This document shows positions 40,849 through 54,157 of a DNA stretch of 64,000 bases, in pieces; position 1 is the stretch's first letter, and the number at the start of each line of letters is the position of its first letter. Source of the DNA: Balanoglossus misakiensis (taxonomy: Eukaryota > Animalia > Hemichordata); contig CM082585.2 of the NCBI GenBank assembly GCA_040954595.2, positions 7,155,808 to 7,219,807 on the forward strand, read 5' to 3'. Under the pieces are notes generated by a model. The model was not told the origin of the DNA. It did not search any database and was given only the letters and a program-made list of their open reading frames with translations. The position numbers and the translations under genes are program-made.

Positions 40849-43800
40849 ATGTACACTGGATTTACGGATGAGAGCGAGGAATTCTGCTACAGCCTGCGAA
40901 ACTATGCCACCACCAGGGCGCGCGTCGACGACACCGCCGAGAACGACGCCGTGCAAGAACTGCAAGACGTCCTTCTGCCCATAATGAAGTTCGTCCACAG
41001 GAAAGACAGGCGCTTTAACGACGACGTGGTGGCGACCGGCAGCTACGCGCTGAATAAGAAGGTTGTGGACTCCGAATCGGCGGACTTTGAGTTCCTGGTG
41101 CCGATCTTGGGCCTGCCTGACCCCAAATGGTCGTTCAACGACAGGCCTCGGTTGTACGACTACACGTCCCTGATGGGCGGCAAGAGTCGCCTGGTGAGGC
41201 GGCACCGGACCAAGCCGCTGCCGCAACCGATGCCGGGCCAGCACTTCCTGTGGATCGAGGACCGAGCCATGGGACGGAGCTGGACCGACTGGATCTTTAA
41301 CAGGGACCTCATCCCGTGTAAAGTCACGGTTAAACTTCGGGAACTTGTGGAAGAGGCCCTAATTGATGGCCAGTCGAAAGGTAAGTTCCAATCCGTATTC
41401 CCAATGCCGCAACAGAGCGCCGCGTCCACAGCCTAGAGCACCAGCCTCGTACATTGTTGTGGTTCCATATTGCGTGGGCTATCCGCATCGGCTTTTCTAT
41501 TATGTGTTTTTATTTAATGTCAGTGGCTTTAAATCTCTCCATTAAGGAAAGAATCGACACGAATCAAAACTGGGATCCGTCCGGATCCTCCCGTATACAA
41601 AGGTTATCAAAAAACACACCACATATTACCGTAGCTAAGGATGACAGATTCCTTGCTAGAACTACAATACCCTATTGTTTTTTGTCGCTGAATGATTAAA
41701 GTATTTTATTTATACTTTTTTATTGCGACTGGGAACTACGAGACCGCAGTTTCTGCAACTTGGAGTGCCTTACAAGAATCACGACAACGTTGCTCACTGT
41801 GCGAGCGATGGTATTTGTTTTAGCCTTTGTTTACCAAATTCCATCCCTGCCAAATCAGCCCCCACATATTTCAATTTTATCATAAAACCCCGTACGAAAC
41901 CCGAAGTACGGACGACCAGGCGAGTGCCATTTGGGTCCATTCGTAGCCAAGAGGTGAACGGAAATCCTGATTGTAACTTGAGCACGTGGTTTTTTTAACT
42001 GTGCGTGAACGTAGAACGGGCTAATTTGATTTCACAAATACTGCAATTTCATGGGTGACAGGGCACGCGAGGTTACTGCCTTTGGCCTTTAAAGATTTAA
42101 TGGGGCCAGTTTTGAGTAGCGTCACGTCCCTTTTATTTGTTTATACACCCAGGTCGTTCTCCTTGTCGGCAATAAAATGCTATCGGAAAAAAAATCAGCG
42201 GGTTGTGGACTCTGTCCACGGTCACGGGTGGACGCCAGCTCCTGGATCACGTCCAAATTGGCAGCTTAAACAATAATCCAACGCCGGTGATCTTAATCCG
42301 GGTTTCCTTTGTTTCTAATTTTGACGACTCGCCAAATGAACGATGGACATTGTCAGAAACACAATGGGGTTGCGTGTTCAATTGTACAAGGCCTTACAAG
42401 ATGACAAGACCGCTCTCACACACGCCCCTTGTCACGACGTGTACGCAGAAATGCCTGTGGCCAGAATGACGTCACATCACGAGCTTGGCGTCGATTGCGG
42501 AGATTACGATACGCTTGTTTGATGGAGTTCATTCATTTCTAATCAGCGTACGGCGCTTCGGAATTCTGGGTCCATACGCAGGTGATACAACCGAAGATTA
42601 GAACCGAAATATAACAAAATTAATGCCGAAACGTAATTGAAAAAGTATCTCATCATACACCCCCATTTGCTTTCTATTACCGTGAGATTACCACCAGATC
42701 TAGTTCTACAGCGGCACCAGGCACGTCATCGGCACAACAAACTAATTATTACTTTATCACAGCATGGATGTACCTCCATGATCAGAGTGATAAGCGAAAT
42801 GAAGTTATTTCCAGTAATTATTCAGAAAAAATCGTTAAGAAATATCATTTCCCTCTCAATTTTACACTTCAGCGACTCGCCCCAAAAGTGCCATGACCAC
42901 TGTTCGATTAATTGGCCGATTAATCGCAAATAAGCTCGATTATGTCAGCGCGTCAGTCTTTAAAAAGGCTGATTGTCTCACAATACATTGTTGTATCTGC
43001 CATGCCATGCCCGTCTCGGGCTATTGTGTTTTTGCCACCGACTTTTACACCGCGCCAAAATTACTTTCAAACATGTGTTTGACGCTACCTGGATTTCGGC
43101 CAAGCGGACCAAGGTCGGTTCCGCCTGGTTAACCCCGCCATGTTTCCGCATTGTTGAGAACTGCAAAACATTTTCTCATATACGTGATTGTTTGTTAAAT
43201 TGATAATGACGCACGGAATTCCGAAGCGGACAACCATGAATCCGGCCGCTATTCCGGCCATTGGTGCACCCTGGTCGTTGCACTTCAACTTGGATTTCGG
43301 CCCAGGACATCAAGGTCAACCGTTCCCCTTTTTTGTACTGCCGTGTTTCATGGCATTGTGCGTCTATTAAGCATTTTTTCACGCGCGTGTTTGTTTGTCA
43401 GCTGATGACGCACATGCTGCGAAGTTCAGCCATGAATTCTGCCATCACTCCCAATCGGTAAACATTTCATTGTTGCCCTCGTATTTCTTCAAGTTAATGA
43501 GCACTTGAACTTCAACTCCACCTTTAGTGGTCCAGTTCAATAAAAAAACAGTAGCTACAGTCGTTGTTTTCCATCTCTTGTGTTTTTAGTCTGCGACAAT
43601 CAAAACTTGTTGGTATAGCCCTTAAAGGGATGTTGACACGTCGCGTCGCTCGGAGCTCTACTTAAACACACGAGACCCAAAATAGATCATACGCATATCG
43701 TTAAAGTGGATGATCAGCAAGGTCGATGTTTACGTATGTGCGATCTTTGGGTTCGGTTATTCAAGAAAAACTACTGTCGGCCGGGGTCTAAAGTCGGCGA

Positions 43801-45273
43801 TGCTAGCTAATACACCGGTAAAGTCACATCCCTTCAAAGTAATACTAGTTCCGAACTCTCAAAACTGCAGGCACTGTTATGCCCCACTTTTTTTATCCTC
43901 CGTGTCAAGAGTACTTTGAACTTCAATGTTAACCCACAAAGATAACAAAACAAAGGTATTGAATTGGAAAGGGCGCCACCCTGTTCATTGCTATTTGCCA
44001 TGTTTTATTAAAAACTCACAGCATATTGCATTGCTATTGTTACTAGGGGCCGTGGCGTTGCTACCCAAGCTGAAGGAGAACTCGTCGATCCGACTACGAA
44101 TCCACTTCAGTCTCGGAGCCGTCCACGCGGTGCTGAGGCCCACCGTGCTCTCGGAGGGAGGGGGCTTCCCGTCCGAGGTACACGCCGAGTGGCCGCGGTG
44201 CCACCTCTGGCCGCCCGCCTACAAGCTGAAGGAGCTGCGAAAGATCGGGGCCGACTCGGTTGCAGTTGACGACCTCTATTGGTGAGTAGTGTACCACGAT
44301 TCTGGAATTTTCGCTCAGTTCACATTTTATTTAACATGTTATTTAATGAAGGTGACGTCATGCGTGAAAAAACGCCATTGACAGTCGAGTTTAATACAAA
44401 CAGGTGATCAAATTATGTAATTGGTTACGATTGGTGGGGAATTTTGGGGCAGGGAAGATGACAACGATATGTCTGTTACAAGTAAATTATTACATTGGTT
44501 ACAAAACCTCTGGTTCTACTGAAATGATGACGGTGTGACCTGTTCTTGTTCACAGGTCGCAATCGTACTCTCGCTGCGAGCAAGCTTTAATCAAGAGCCT
44601 CGACCGAGACGGAGGCTGCCGGAGGGTGTGCCTGAGAATCATGGAACAGCTGCGCGAGGATCACTGGTGTGACGGCCTGGGGCGAGAAAGTAACTCCGAG
44701 CCACCTCTGACCTATTATCATTTACAGGTAGGTGTAAAAATGGCCAAACCTACGCGGCGACTTTGGCCAATTTTCACCTGGTACCTTCACAGAAGTTGGT
44801 TCGCCCAGTCATCATCATCTACGAGTATTTTTGATTTGAACTTTAATTGTGCTTTCAGAACTTATGAGCGCGCGTTTTTTGTTTCTCCCCAGACCCTGTT
44901 GCTCTGGCACTGCGAGGAGTGGTCCTCCACGGTGGACTGGCTGCGCGTCAAGTTGCCAATACGCTTCATCGGCATCGTTCGGCGACTTCTGCAATGGGTG
45001 GAGCGCCGCCGGTGTCGGCATTACTTCATGAGCGGCGTCAACCTGTTCGAGGACCGCAAGGGCAAGTTGAGGAACGAGGAAGGCCTGCGCGTTGTGGAGA
45101 AGAACATCAGGATGTTCATCGATTCGCCGGAGTTGTATCTCCGCGGCAGCACGCCGCCAAACGCGGACTTGCCGGATATACTAAAAGATAGTCCAGAGGG
45201 CGCACTCCGACAGCAAGGCGATGAACTCGTAGTCTCTTCTCTCCCGCGGCCGAACGGATCGCCTTCCTACTAA
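40849..45273 (+). CDS. Mab21/cGAS-like (cGLR-family) nucleotidyltransferase-fold protein; 439 aa
   Basis: Exons 40849-41380, 44047-44281, 44556-44727, 44893-45273; all GT-AG, phases 1/2/0, total 1320 nt. Motifs: ATGSY...ADFEFLVP (NTase GS and acidic pair), WPRCHLWPP, W|SQSYSRCEQALIKSLDRDGGCRRVCLRIMEQLR, LTYYHLQ|TLLLWHCE, RCRHYFMSGVNLF, all typical of the Mab-21 domain. The first in-frame ATG is used as start; an upstream exon is possible. Confidence 0.9.
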
Positions 45274-47949
45274 AGTTTGTTCTTGTAAGTCAGGAGTTGC
45301 TTGTAGTACATGGGGAGGGGGGGTCGCATTGCGTCGACGCAATGCGCCACTTCGACGTTACAATCCCCCTCCACCCCTTTACATTAAGAATAGCCGATCC
45401 GACACGCGATGAGTTCTGGGTTGATCTGCCCATTGTCCCAGTTCCCCTGTTTGATGACGTCATCGCTTTCACTGTCAGAGAGGGGGGGGGGGGGGGCGAC
45501 AAGTGTACCCGTCGCTGATTCGCAATATCTCTCTGGACTGAAGAATAATTAAATCAAACAAACTTTACCCGTGGACATATAAGCTCATAACTAATAATAT
45601 ATTCAGATTGGTAAGAAATGTGCTCTCTCTTTAAATTTAAGCTCCCCTCGTTTTAAGTGTGATTTTATGCAGCCCGGTGCCCTCTTCAGCGATTTTCTTG
45701 GGACAAGAATTTCTCAGAATAACCGTTAAGACAAAACAATCCCACGTGTGACTTTACTGCCCTGTATTTCACTGCATGGTTCGAGAATGTTTTTTTTGGG
45801 GATGAGTGATATATTCATTTACTATCAATCTTGCAATAACTCATTATACTGTTTTACGTCCAGCGATAGTCATTTGGCCAGGAAAGACAATCATGTATTT
45901 ATCTAAATAAACATAATGTGCTATCAAGTGTAATATTACAAGTTAGTTATTTAGCTTAAATACTGTATCATACATCTAATCATGTAATATCTTGTTTAAA
46001 ATGTATATATTTATACTAACTTCAGTTGACACTAAAATGTACATTTTTGTCTTTTTCAAGATAGTGTTGGTATATAAGACCAATATTCTGTCCGTCCATA
46101 TCAGTCTATCTTTACAGAATATTTGTACAATATTTCGGGTTTACATATTTGTTCTGTGATATTTGTAATAATATCTTTAAGTAGCATCTGGAATCGATGT
46201 GCTCTGGTGTTTTTTTATTGTATTCATTTTCAAGTTGTGTTGGAAGATATTATTCGTTCCGCGATGGACATGTTTTTGAGTTATGAGCAATATTTGCCCA
46301 CAATATTTGTCGATGGTGTCTTATTTTCGAGTGCCGCGGACTCACTTGAACAAAACCGATAGAAACACATCAAAGTTCCTTGTTTCATTTGATAAAAGGC
46401 ATGATGCTGCGTACAAGGTACACCAATTGTAAAAATTATTTATCATATCCGATGTACACTATATTTAATGAGATTGTTATTTGTACAAATGTATACAGAT
46501 ATAATGTAACATAAATATGTATCAAAGAAAGCGCGTAGATATCTGTAATATACTGTAACATACAGAGTACCATGTATCATTAATGAATAAATAAATAAAT
46601 GAACGAAATTACGAACGAATGTGCCAGTTTTTCATGATTTACATGCGTTTGAAATGACAAAAATGTATTTAAGGCTGGAATGACTGATAGCACAGGTATC
46701 AGTCTTCATCTGTTGACAAACGCAGTAAATATACCGAAGAAAAATTTGGGTGTATATGTGTGTGTGTGTGTACGCGCACGTGGTTCTACTTAAGCCAGAA
46801 AAATAGGAAGAATATTATCAACATACCAGAATACTCTGTTATCCTTGTGTGAACTGCACTGGCGAAGGATGTCCATACTGCATATCCTGGGCGTAGTCAA
46901 ACAGGCGCAAATAGCCTTCACATAAGTTGTTTGAGGTCGCTATTCCATGTCAGAAATCTCAGAGAGGTACCGGAGAAGACGAATGATATCAGCTCAACAC
47001 AAGAATTGCTTGTCAAAGAAAACCACGAAAACGCGAAGTAGCGTCTGAAGCTTATTCACAATCCATAACCCACGAGGCCGAATGAAGTGAATACACGTCG
47101 GAAGGCGTGTACCCAAGCCAGCTGTTAATTTTCTTATCCAATCAAAGTGGGTTACTCTATAGTAGTTTGCATATCAATATAAGGCGGCATCGGGGAAGGA
47201 ATCCTATTTTTTCTGATTGGTCAATTCATAGGCGTCCCCTCCCTTCTTTGGTTTATTGTCTTTGGCGATTGGCTTACCATAGATAGTCAAACGCGTGAGC
47301 GGCCATGCACGGTCATTAATGTCTAAGTTCATGTTTGGGGACTTCCCTTTACATAGTCGACACAAGGAGGCGATCTAACAAAATGTTCATGTAATAAACG
47401 ATGCAATGCAATGAACACTCGGCGTACGCTTACAGAACGTACAACTAAACTGCACGCAGTGCAGTGTGTAGCGTGCACGCACGGTGTCCGCGCACCGCAT
47501 TCGACAGCGCGAGCGCGCACCCAGTTTCGAGAATTCCAAACGCCGCGTTTGCGAACTTCCGCACTCTTTCGAAAGTTCGTGGAACCTCAATCCATATATA
47601 CAGTTTAATACCGAGATGATAAATATCTGATTTCGCAAAGGCAATGGCGTAAATACTAAACTTGCAGGTGAGTCGACATCATATGCACGTTGATGTCCAA
47701 GGATGGATGTAAATGTTATTATTGGCCTGCCTCCCCTCGCCATCATCATGAACCACCATCATACTCGTATGCTCGACGCGATACGCGAGGGCCCATTGCT
47801 GTAGAAGGACGAAACTAAGTGAAGAGCGGGTTGAACTATTGGCCTACAAAGAGTCAACTGACGACTGGAGCACACTATACTTCTAAACAGCAATTTCCGT
47901 TTTGTTTTAAGTAGACATAAAGAAAACCCATTTTCTATCTAATCCGACT

Positions 47950-50900
47950 ATGGGAGATGGTTGCCACGGAAAGAAAACTCCTGCGGTGTGTAGGCCTAGT
48001 ATATTGATTTTCCTTACATTACACCTACTCTTTAACATCTCGAGCGTGCATACAAGTAAGTGCGATTTATATACTTTTTACTTGGTATATACATCACCTA
48101 TGCACATTTTATGTTTGTATATGAAGTGTTCGTGGTCAAGCAATCTAGCGATAAACTGCCAGTGACATGATCGCGAAAGAGCAAAGTATCCTCCAAGACC
48201 AAATCAAAAACCTTATTTCGGTTGACGTCATTCCGTCTCTCGCCCTTGTAGATGTTACGTCATCGTCGTATGCAGAGAACACTACCGCACTCGTCGAAGA
48301 CATGACATTGCCTGTAGTCACGGACAGCCGTAAGTACCCACTAATCAGGAACCACGTCGAATATACCACCTTCTGAACTCCACGAGATCGTGCGAGATCT
48401 CGTGTGGCCGGGCGATTTACATGGAAGGTGGTAGGACACTAACACATGACACAGGACAAACAACACACATGGACCAACTGCACAACAGTTACAATTTCAA
48501 ATCTATAGTTTCATACAAATCTTGAATTGCATTACTTGGCTACCGACGCTGCTAGGGTAATTAGCCAAGTCTCGCGACATCTCGCAATGAGCGGAGAATC
48601 ATCTATATCATGCGAAAACCTGGTCAAGAATTTTCTCGAATGTGTTGTATACGGAAGCTTTTGGTTCAAGTTCATTTTCGCATTTCTTCTTCCGACCAAG
48701 AGCACATACATTGACCTTCACTCCACATCACTATTTTGACTGACTTGATGTTTTCCTTTCTCTCCCCTAAACCAGCGTCAATGACAGATTCGATGAGTAA
48801 GTACATGTAATGTGTATTGGTGTTTTGACATGGTTGTTGAACGTTACGCGTACCCACTAATCAACTTATGTAGAATTACGCCTATAAAATTAAATGTAAA
48901 ATATTGAATGGTTCTTTGAGGAAAAGCCGACCAAATAGAGCACTGCACTCAGATCGATGTGACCGCGTCCATATTGCTCTTCTTTGCAGTCGACGTCACC
49001 GATTCTGTGCTTGACAAGTCGACGCATGCGGTGACAGAGAGACGTGAGTATACGGTTTTTGCGGTTTTAGTAGAAACGGGATATTGGGTTGAAAATCGTC
49101 GCTTTGTAATTTGGAGCAAATGCCATTGGGCGTTAAGAAGTGATACCAACGAGGCAAAGTATCCCAAAAGATGCAACACACACACACACACTCTCTCTCT
49201 CTCTCTCTGAAAAGATATCCCTAAAGTGTGTATGACTGCCATATTTAGCACGCTATTGTACTTATCGTGTATTCTGCTTCCTTTACTCCACAGCCCCAAC
49301 CACCGCGACTACGGAACCTCCAACAACAGGTAGGCCCTATGGACACTTTTTCATGGCGGAGGCCTAGGGGAAACGAGTGGACACCGTTCAATGAGTCAAA
49401 TTCCATTCATTTTCTTTGCAACATTTCGGTTTTTAATCCCCGAGCATAAATCATTGACCAGTTTAGCCAGATTTTGCAAGCCACGGCAGATTTGCATTCT
49501 GGGTAACATAACTAATGATTTTTTTTCTCGCGTTTCCTTACTCCCATCAAGCTTTTCAACCGTCGACGGTGATGACGACTATTTTCGACAACTCGACGAT
49601 AGACCCAAGGTTTGACATTGGGTCCATAGGTGAGTTGGTCAAATAGGGAGGGGGAGGAAAGGGGGGGGGGGCTCAGCGTTGACAGGATGAATAATAGGCG
49701 ATTACACATTAGACATACCACATCCTTCGCTAGTTTAGTACATAATGCCGTTTGTAAAAGATGTACTTTTCTGTTTTCTATCGGCTGTCAACATTATCAT
49801 AATTCTCTCTCTCTCTCTCTCTCTTTCCCTCTCCCCCCCCCTCTCTCCAGCTGTTTGTGATCGCACGCACATAACGTACCTCAAAAAAGCGTTTTCATTG
49901 GGTGGCAACACCTATTCCTACATTAAAATGCCGGCAACATTCTCCCCAATGACACAGTTCTCAATCTGCTACTGGGTGCAGACGACGAATGTCCGCGCCG
50001 GCTTCGTGGACTATTCGGTGTCATCTCGCCGCCACGAGCTGTCCATGTACAACGACAAAAAGAGTAGGATGTTTCTCTCCTTCCGAGATGGCACTCGCGA
50101 CGGCTATCGGGCGTCGACGGGCAGCGGGACGCTGAACGACGGCATTTGGCACCACTTCTGCGTCACCTGGTCCAACACGAAGGGCCTCTACTACGCGTAC
50201 AGAGAGCAGCACATCTGGTCCAACAACGTCATCGCCAAGGGTTACACGGTGCAGGGCGGGGGGATCATGGTTCTCGGCCAACTCATGCGGTCTCACGGCG
50301 GCGACTTCGACCCGGCGTATTCTGTCCAGGGGGGAATCACCGACGTCAACATGTGGACCAATCAGTTAAACCACGCAGAGATAGCCGGCGTGGTCTGCTA
50401 CAAATTCGTCTTCTGTGGCGACTTGGTCCCCTTCTCAGCATTCAGAAGAAAGCATCTTAAGTTCATCTCGATAGTGGATTTCTACGTCCCTCGTGATGCC
50501 ATAGAATCACTGGTCTTGCCAGACTGCGCAGGTGGGTTCAATCTGTTTAAATCGGATGTAGCATTGCTCAATCTTTTCATTTGCTGCTGTTCTGTTCTCG
50601 ATGCACGTCTTAGAAAATCTCGTTTAAATCTGGCGCTTTCTCAAGCCAATCAGTGCGCTCGTTATAGAAGACGCTATGCGCACGTCAGAGTTTCTTTCTG
50701 ATTGGTTGCGTAGCTTACTTTGAAAAAAAAACCTAGTCAAAGTCTCCGAATCTGAAATAGACAAACAGAAAAGACAATTTCCAACTTATCAAAACTTTTC
50801 GTTGTTTGTGACCATTGACTACACAATATTTTGCTGTTTTGAGCACAATAAAATTCAGGTATCCATCAACATTGTCACCACAAAATCAACCTAGGACACC

Positions 50901-53481
50901 ATGCACCTGAGAAAACCAAATGTACCACCGCATTTCTATAAGAAAAATGTCTATGTTCTCTCACACAGTGTGGACAACAGCGGAACCCACGACAGCCCCG
51001 CCTACCACCACAGTGAATACAACTACCATTCACCAGACAACTGAAATGACAACGGTTTTACCCACAACGTTGGACGGAAGTGATGTCGATGGCGTATCCA
51101 CTTCAGTCGGAGTAACCGGCATGACACCGGGTGGTGGCATCACTTTATTCAACGGAAGTCACCCTGAAGGAGGAACAGGAGATGGTGGAACTGGTAATGG
51201 TACACATACAGGGGGAAATAGCACTGGTGATGGCACTGGTACAGGAGATAGTGGTACTGGTGATGGCACGGGTACAGGAGATGGCGGTACAGGTACAGGA
51301 GATGGCGGTACAGGTACAGGAGATAGTGGTACTGGTACAGGAGACGGTGGTACAGGCACAGGAGATAGTGGCACTGGTACTGGAGATAGTGGTACTGGTG
51401 ATGGTACAGGCACAGGAGATGGTGGTACTGGTGATGGTACAGGCACGGGAGATGGTGGTACTGGTACAGGAGATAGTGGTACAGGCACAGGAGATGGCGG
51501 TACTGGTGATGGTACAGGCACAGGAGATAGTGGCACTGGTACTGGAGATAGTGGTACTGGTACAGGAGATAGTGGTACTGGTGATGGTACAGGCACGGGA
51601 GATGGTGGTACTGGTACAGGAGATAGTGGTACAGGCACAGGAGATGGTGGTACTGGTGATGGTACAGGCACAGGAGATGGTGGTACTGGTGATGGTACAG
51701 GCACAGGGGATGGTGGTACAGGCACAGGAGATAGTGGCACTGGTACTGGAGATAGTGGTACTGGTACAGGAGATAGTGGTACTGGTGATGGTACAGGCAC
51801 GGGAGATGGTGGTACAGGTACAGGAGATAGTGGTACTGGTGATGGTACAGGCACGGGAGATGGTGGTACTGGTACAGGGGATGGTGGTACAGGCACAGGA
51901 GATAGTGGCACTGGTACTGGAGATAGTGGTACTGGTACAGGAGATAGTGGTACTGGTACAGGAGATAGTGGTACTGGTGATGGTACAGGCACGGGAGATG
52001 GTGGTACTGGTACAGGAGATAGTGGTACAGGCACAGGAGATGGCGGTACTGGTGATGGTACAGGCACAGGAGATGGTGGTACTGGTGATGGTACAGGCAC
52101 AGGAGATAGTGGCACTGGTACTGGAGATAGTGGTACTGGTACAGGAGATAGTGGTACTGGTGATGGTACAGGCACAGGAGATGGTGGTACTGGTGATGGT
52201 ACAGGCACAGGAGATGGTGGTACTGGCACAGGGGATGGTGGTACTGGTGATGGTACAGGCACAGGAGATGGTGGTGCTGGTGATGGTACAGGCACAGGAG
52301 ATGGTGGTACTGGTGATGGTACAGGCACAGGAGATGGTGGTACTGGTGATGGTACAGGCACAGGAGATGGTGGTACTGGTGATGGTACAGGCACAGGGGA
52401 CGGTGGTACTGGTGATGGTACAGGCACAGGAGATGGTGGTACTGGTGATGGTACAGGCACAGGAGATGGTGGTACTGGTGATGGTACAGGCACAGGGGAC
52501 GGTGGTACTGGTGATGGTACAGGCACAGGAGATGGTGGTACTGGTGATGGTACAGGCACAGGAGATGGTGGTACAGGCACAGGAGATGGTGGTACTGGTA
52601 ATGGTACAGGCACAGGAGATGGTGGTACTGGTGATGGTACAGGCACAGGAGATGGTGGTACAGGCACAGGAGATGGTGGTACTGGTGATGGTACAGGCAC
52701 AGGAGATGGTGGCACTAGTGAGCGACCGGGGGATGGAGATGATGTGACATCTTATAGTGCAACAGATGCTGAAGAAATACCAACACAATCGGGTATGTAG
52801 TGATCAAATAACAATGAGCAACCATTCTTCCTATTTTCCATTTTCAATGTAATGGAAAATTATGAAAGCTTGAGAGAGAAGTAGGCAATTTGGCCATACA
52901 TGTAGATCAAAATTATCAAGACTATGGCATGGTTAAATGAACTGTCACCCTTACATGAAGGTTCTCCATCTTTACACAGATGATGAGGAAGCCGGCGGTG
53001 GGTTTGACATCATACCAATAGCGGCCGGTGGGGGCGGCGGTCTCCTCATTCTCATTATCATCATCGTTGTGGTAGTCGTGATGAAAAAGAAGAAAAAGAA
53101 GAAGCAGATAGCCGCCGCCGAAGCCGCAGAGGAGGAAGTGTTGACGATTCACACAAGTACAGTGTAAGTGGGTCTGAGTGATTTGATCGCTGAGCGGGAT
53201 GCAGAACCATTGCTATGAAAATTTTCGCCAGCATTCAGCGAGATTATCTTCGTCTCTTTCTTTTTTTCAGAATCACAACGACAACGACAATATCCCAGGG
53301 TTCCCCGTTGAGTTTCCCACTCAAACCGAGACTGGACATCACCAGTGTACAGAGCCCCCCAGTGGCCGTCGCACCAGAAATGCTGGCGCCGGTCAGAGGT
53401 CTTCGCAATCCCCCCAAGGGTGCTCCTAAAGCAGTGGGCATTGCTGGCCATGATTTTCAACAGCTTCCGTTGATAGAATAG
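47950..53481 (+). CDS. Type I membrane protein: signal peptide, S/T-rich microexons, pentraxin domain, Gly/Thr/Asp/Ser repeat stalk, TM, short Pro-rich tail (~1,090 aa)
   Basis: Exons 47950-48055 (signal peptide ...[19 protein letters not shown]), 48252-48329, 48776-48796, 48990-49043, 49294-49329, 49552-49629, 49851-50531 (pentraxin: [40 protein letters not shown]), 50969-52792, 52980-53163 ([18 protein letters not shown] then K7), 53271-53481. All GT-AG, phase 1 except the last (phase 2), sum 3273 nt. The small 5' exons are less certain than the last four. Confidence 0.85.
49176..49208. repeat. Compound (CA)n(CT)n microsatellite, intronic
   Basis: Direct reading. Confidence 0.8.
51169..52716 (+). 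repeat. Coding minisatellite of 21-nt (GTGD[S/G]GT) and 33-nt ([11 protein letters not shown]) units
   Basis: Units such as GGTACAGGAGATAGTGGTACT and GGTGATGGTACAGGCACAGGAGATGGTGGTACT; all multiples of 3, no frameshift over ~1.55 kb. Confidence 0.95.
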
Positions 53482-54157
53482 AAGTCCCGAAAGATAAAAC
53501 ATAACACTCCAAACACGCCAAGATGTCTTCGTATACCAGTCACACTGAATAGCCCACTTTCGTGACCCCTGGGTGACCTTACATCCTGGTGTTAGTTAGT
53601 ATGACGTCATACATCATTCAGCGTATCACTCTTTGACTTTGTACTCGCGACAAAAAAAAATAAGATTTTCTTTACGTTTATTGTAAGGAAACTTAAGAAA
53701 CTCAAATAAATTCGAAGCCACTACAGTGTGCTTTCTTTCAAGGTGAACAGTGCCAATGCTTTATTTTATTCTCATCATTTTATTGAACTATTAGAAGCTA
53801 AACACGAACAGCGAACACTGAGCGGTAGATTCCAAGACCCCGTTGAATCGTGAATCTTCGGCGGTCTATCGTGAATCTTCGGGAGGTGTTCAGTTACCGC
53901 ATACAGAACCTGATAAACAACAACAAAGGATACACGTGACTGGTTTCGAAACGAAACGAGAATTTCAATGAGTCGAATAAATTCGACTTTCGCTAAGACG
54001 GCGGTTGTATACGTAAATCCCGGTAGTCGCATGGACTCGGGTTTGACTTCTCTAGGCCTACATATACACTGTCAATAACGCTGACGTCATACAATCGATG
54101 TTGACTATTGAGAACTAAAGAGAGCAAGAAAGTACACATAATAAAAGCTGCAAACCG

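Noticed and set aside
40813-41436. Bacterial CBASS CD-NTase or prokaryotic operon reading
   Set aside because: The gene has spliceosomal introns and metazoan Mab-21 motifs; there are no cap effector genes or operon structure.
49232-49329. Alternative signal-peptide-like start [20 protein letters not shown]
   Set aside because: It reaches the 49329 donor in phase 2, incompatible with the phase-1 downstream exons; the hydrophobic stretch is the polypyrimidine tract of the 36-nt exon.
51131-52788. Three further long ORFs over the Gly-Thr repeat ([23 protein letters not shown] frames)
   Set aside because: By-products of a stop-poor 21/33-nt repeat; only the Gly-Thr-Asp frame joins the flanking exons in phase.
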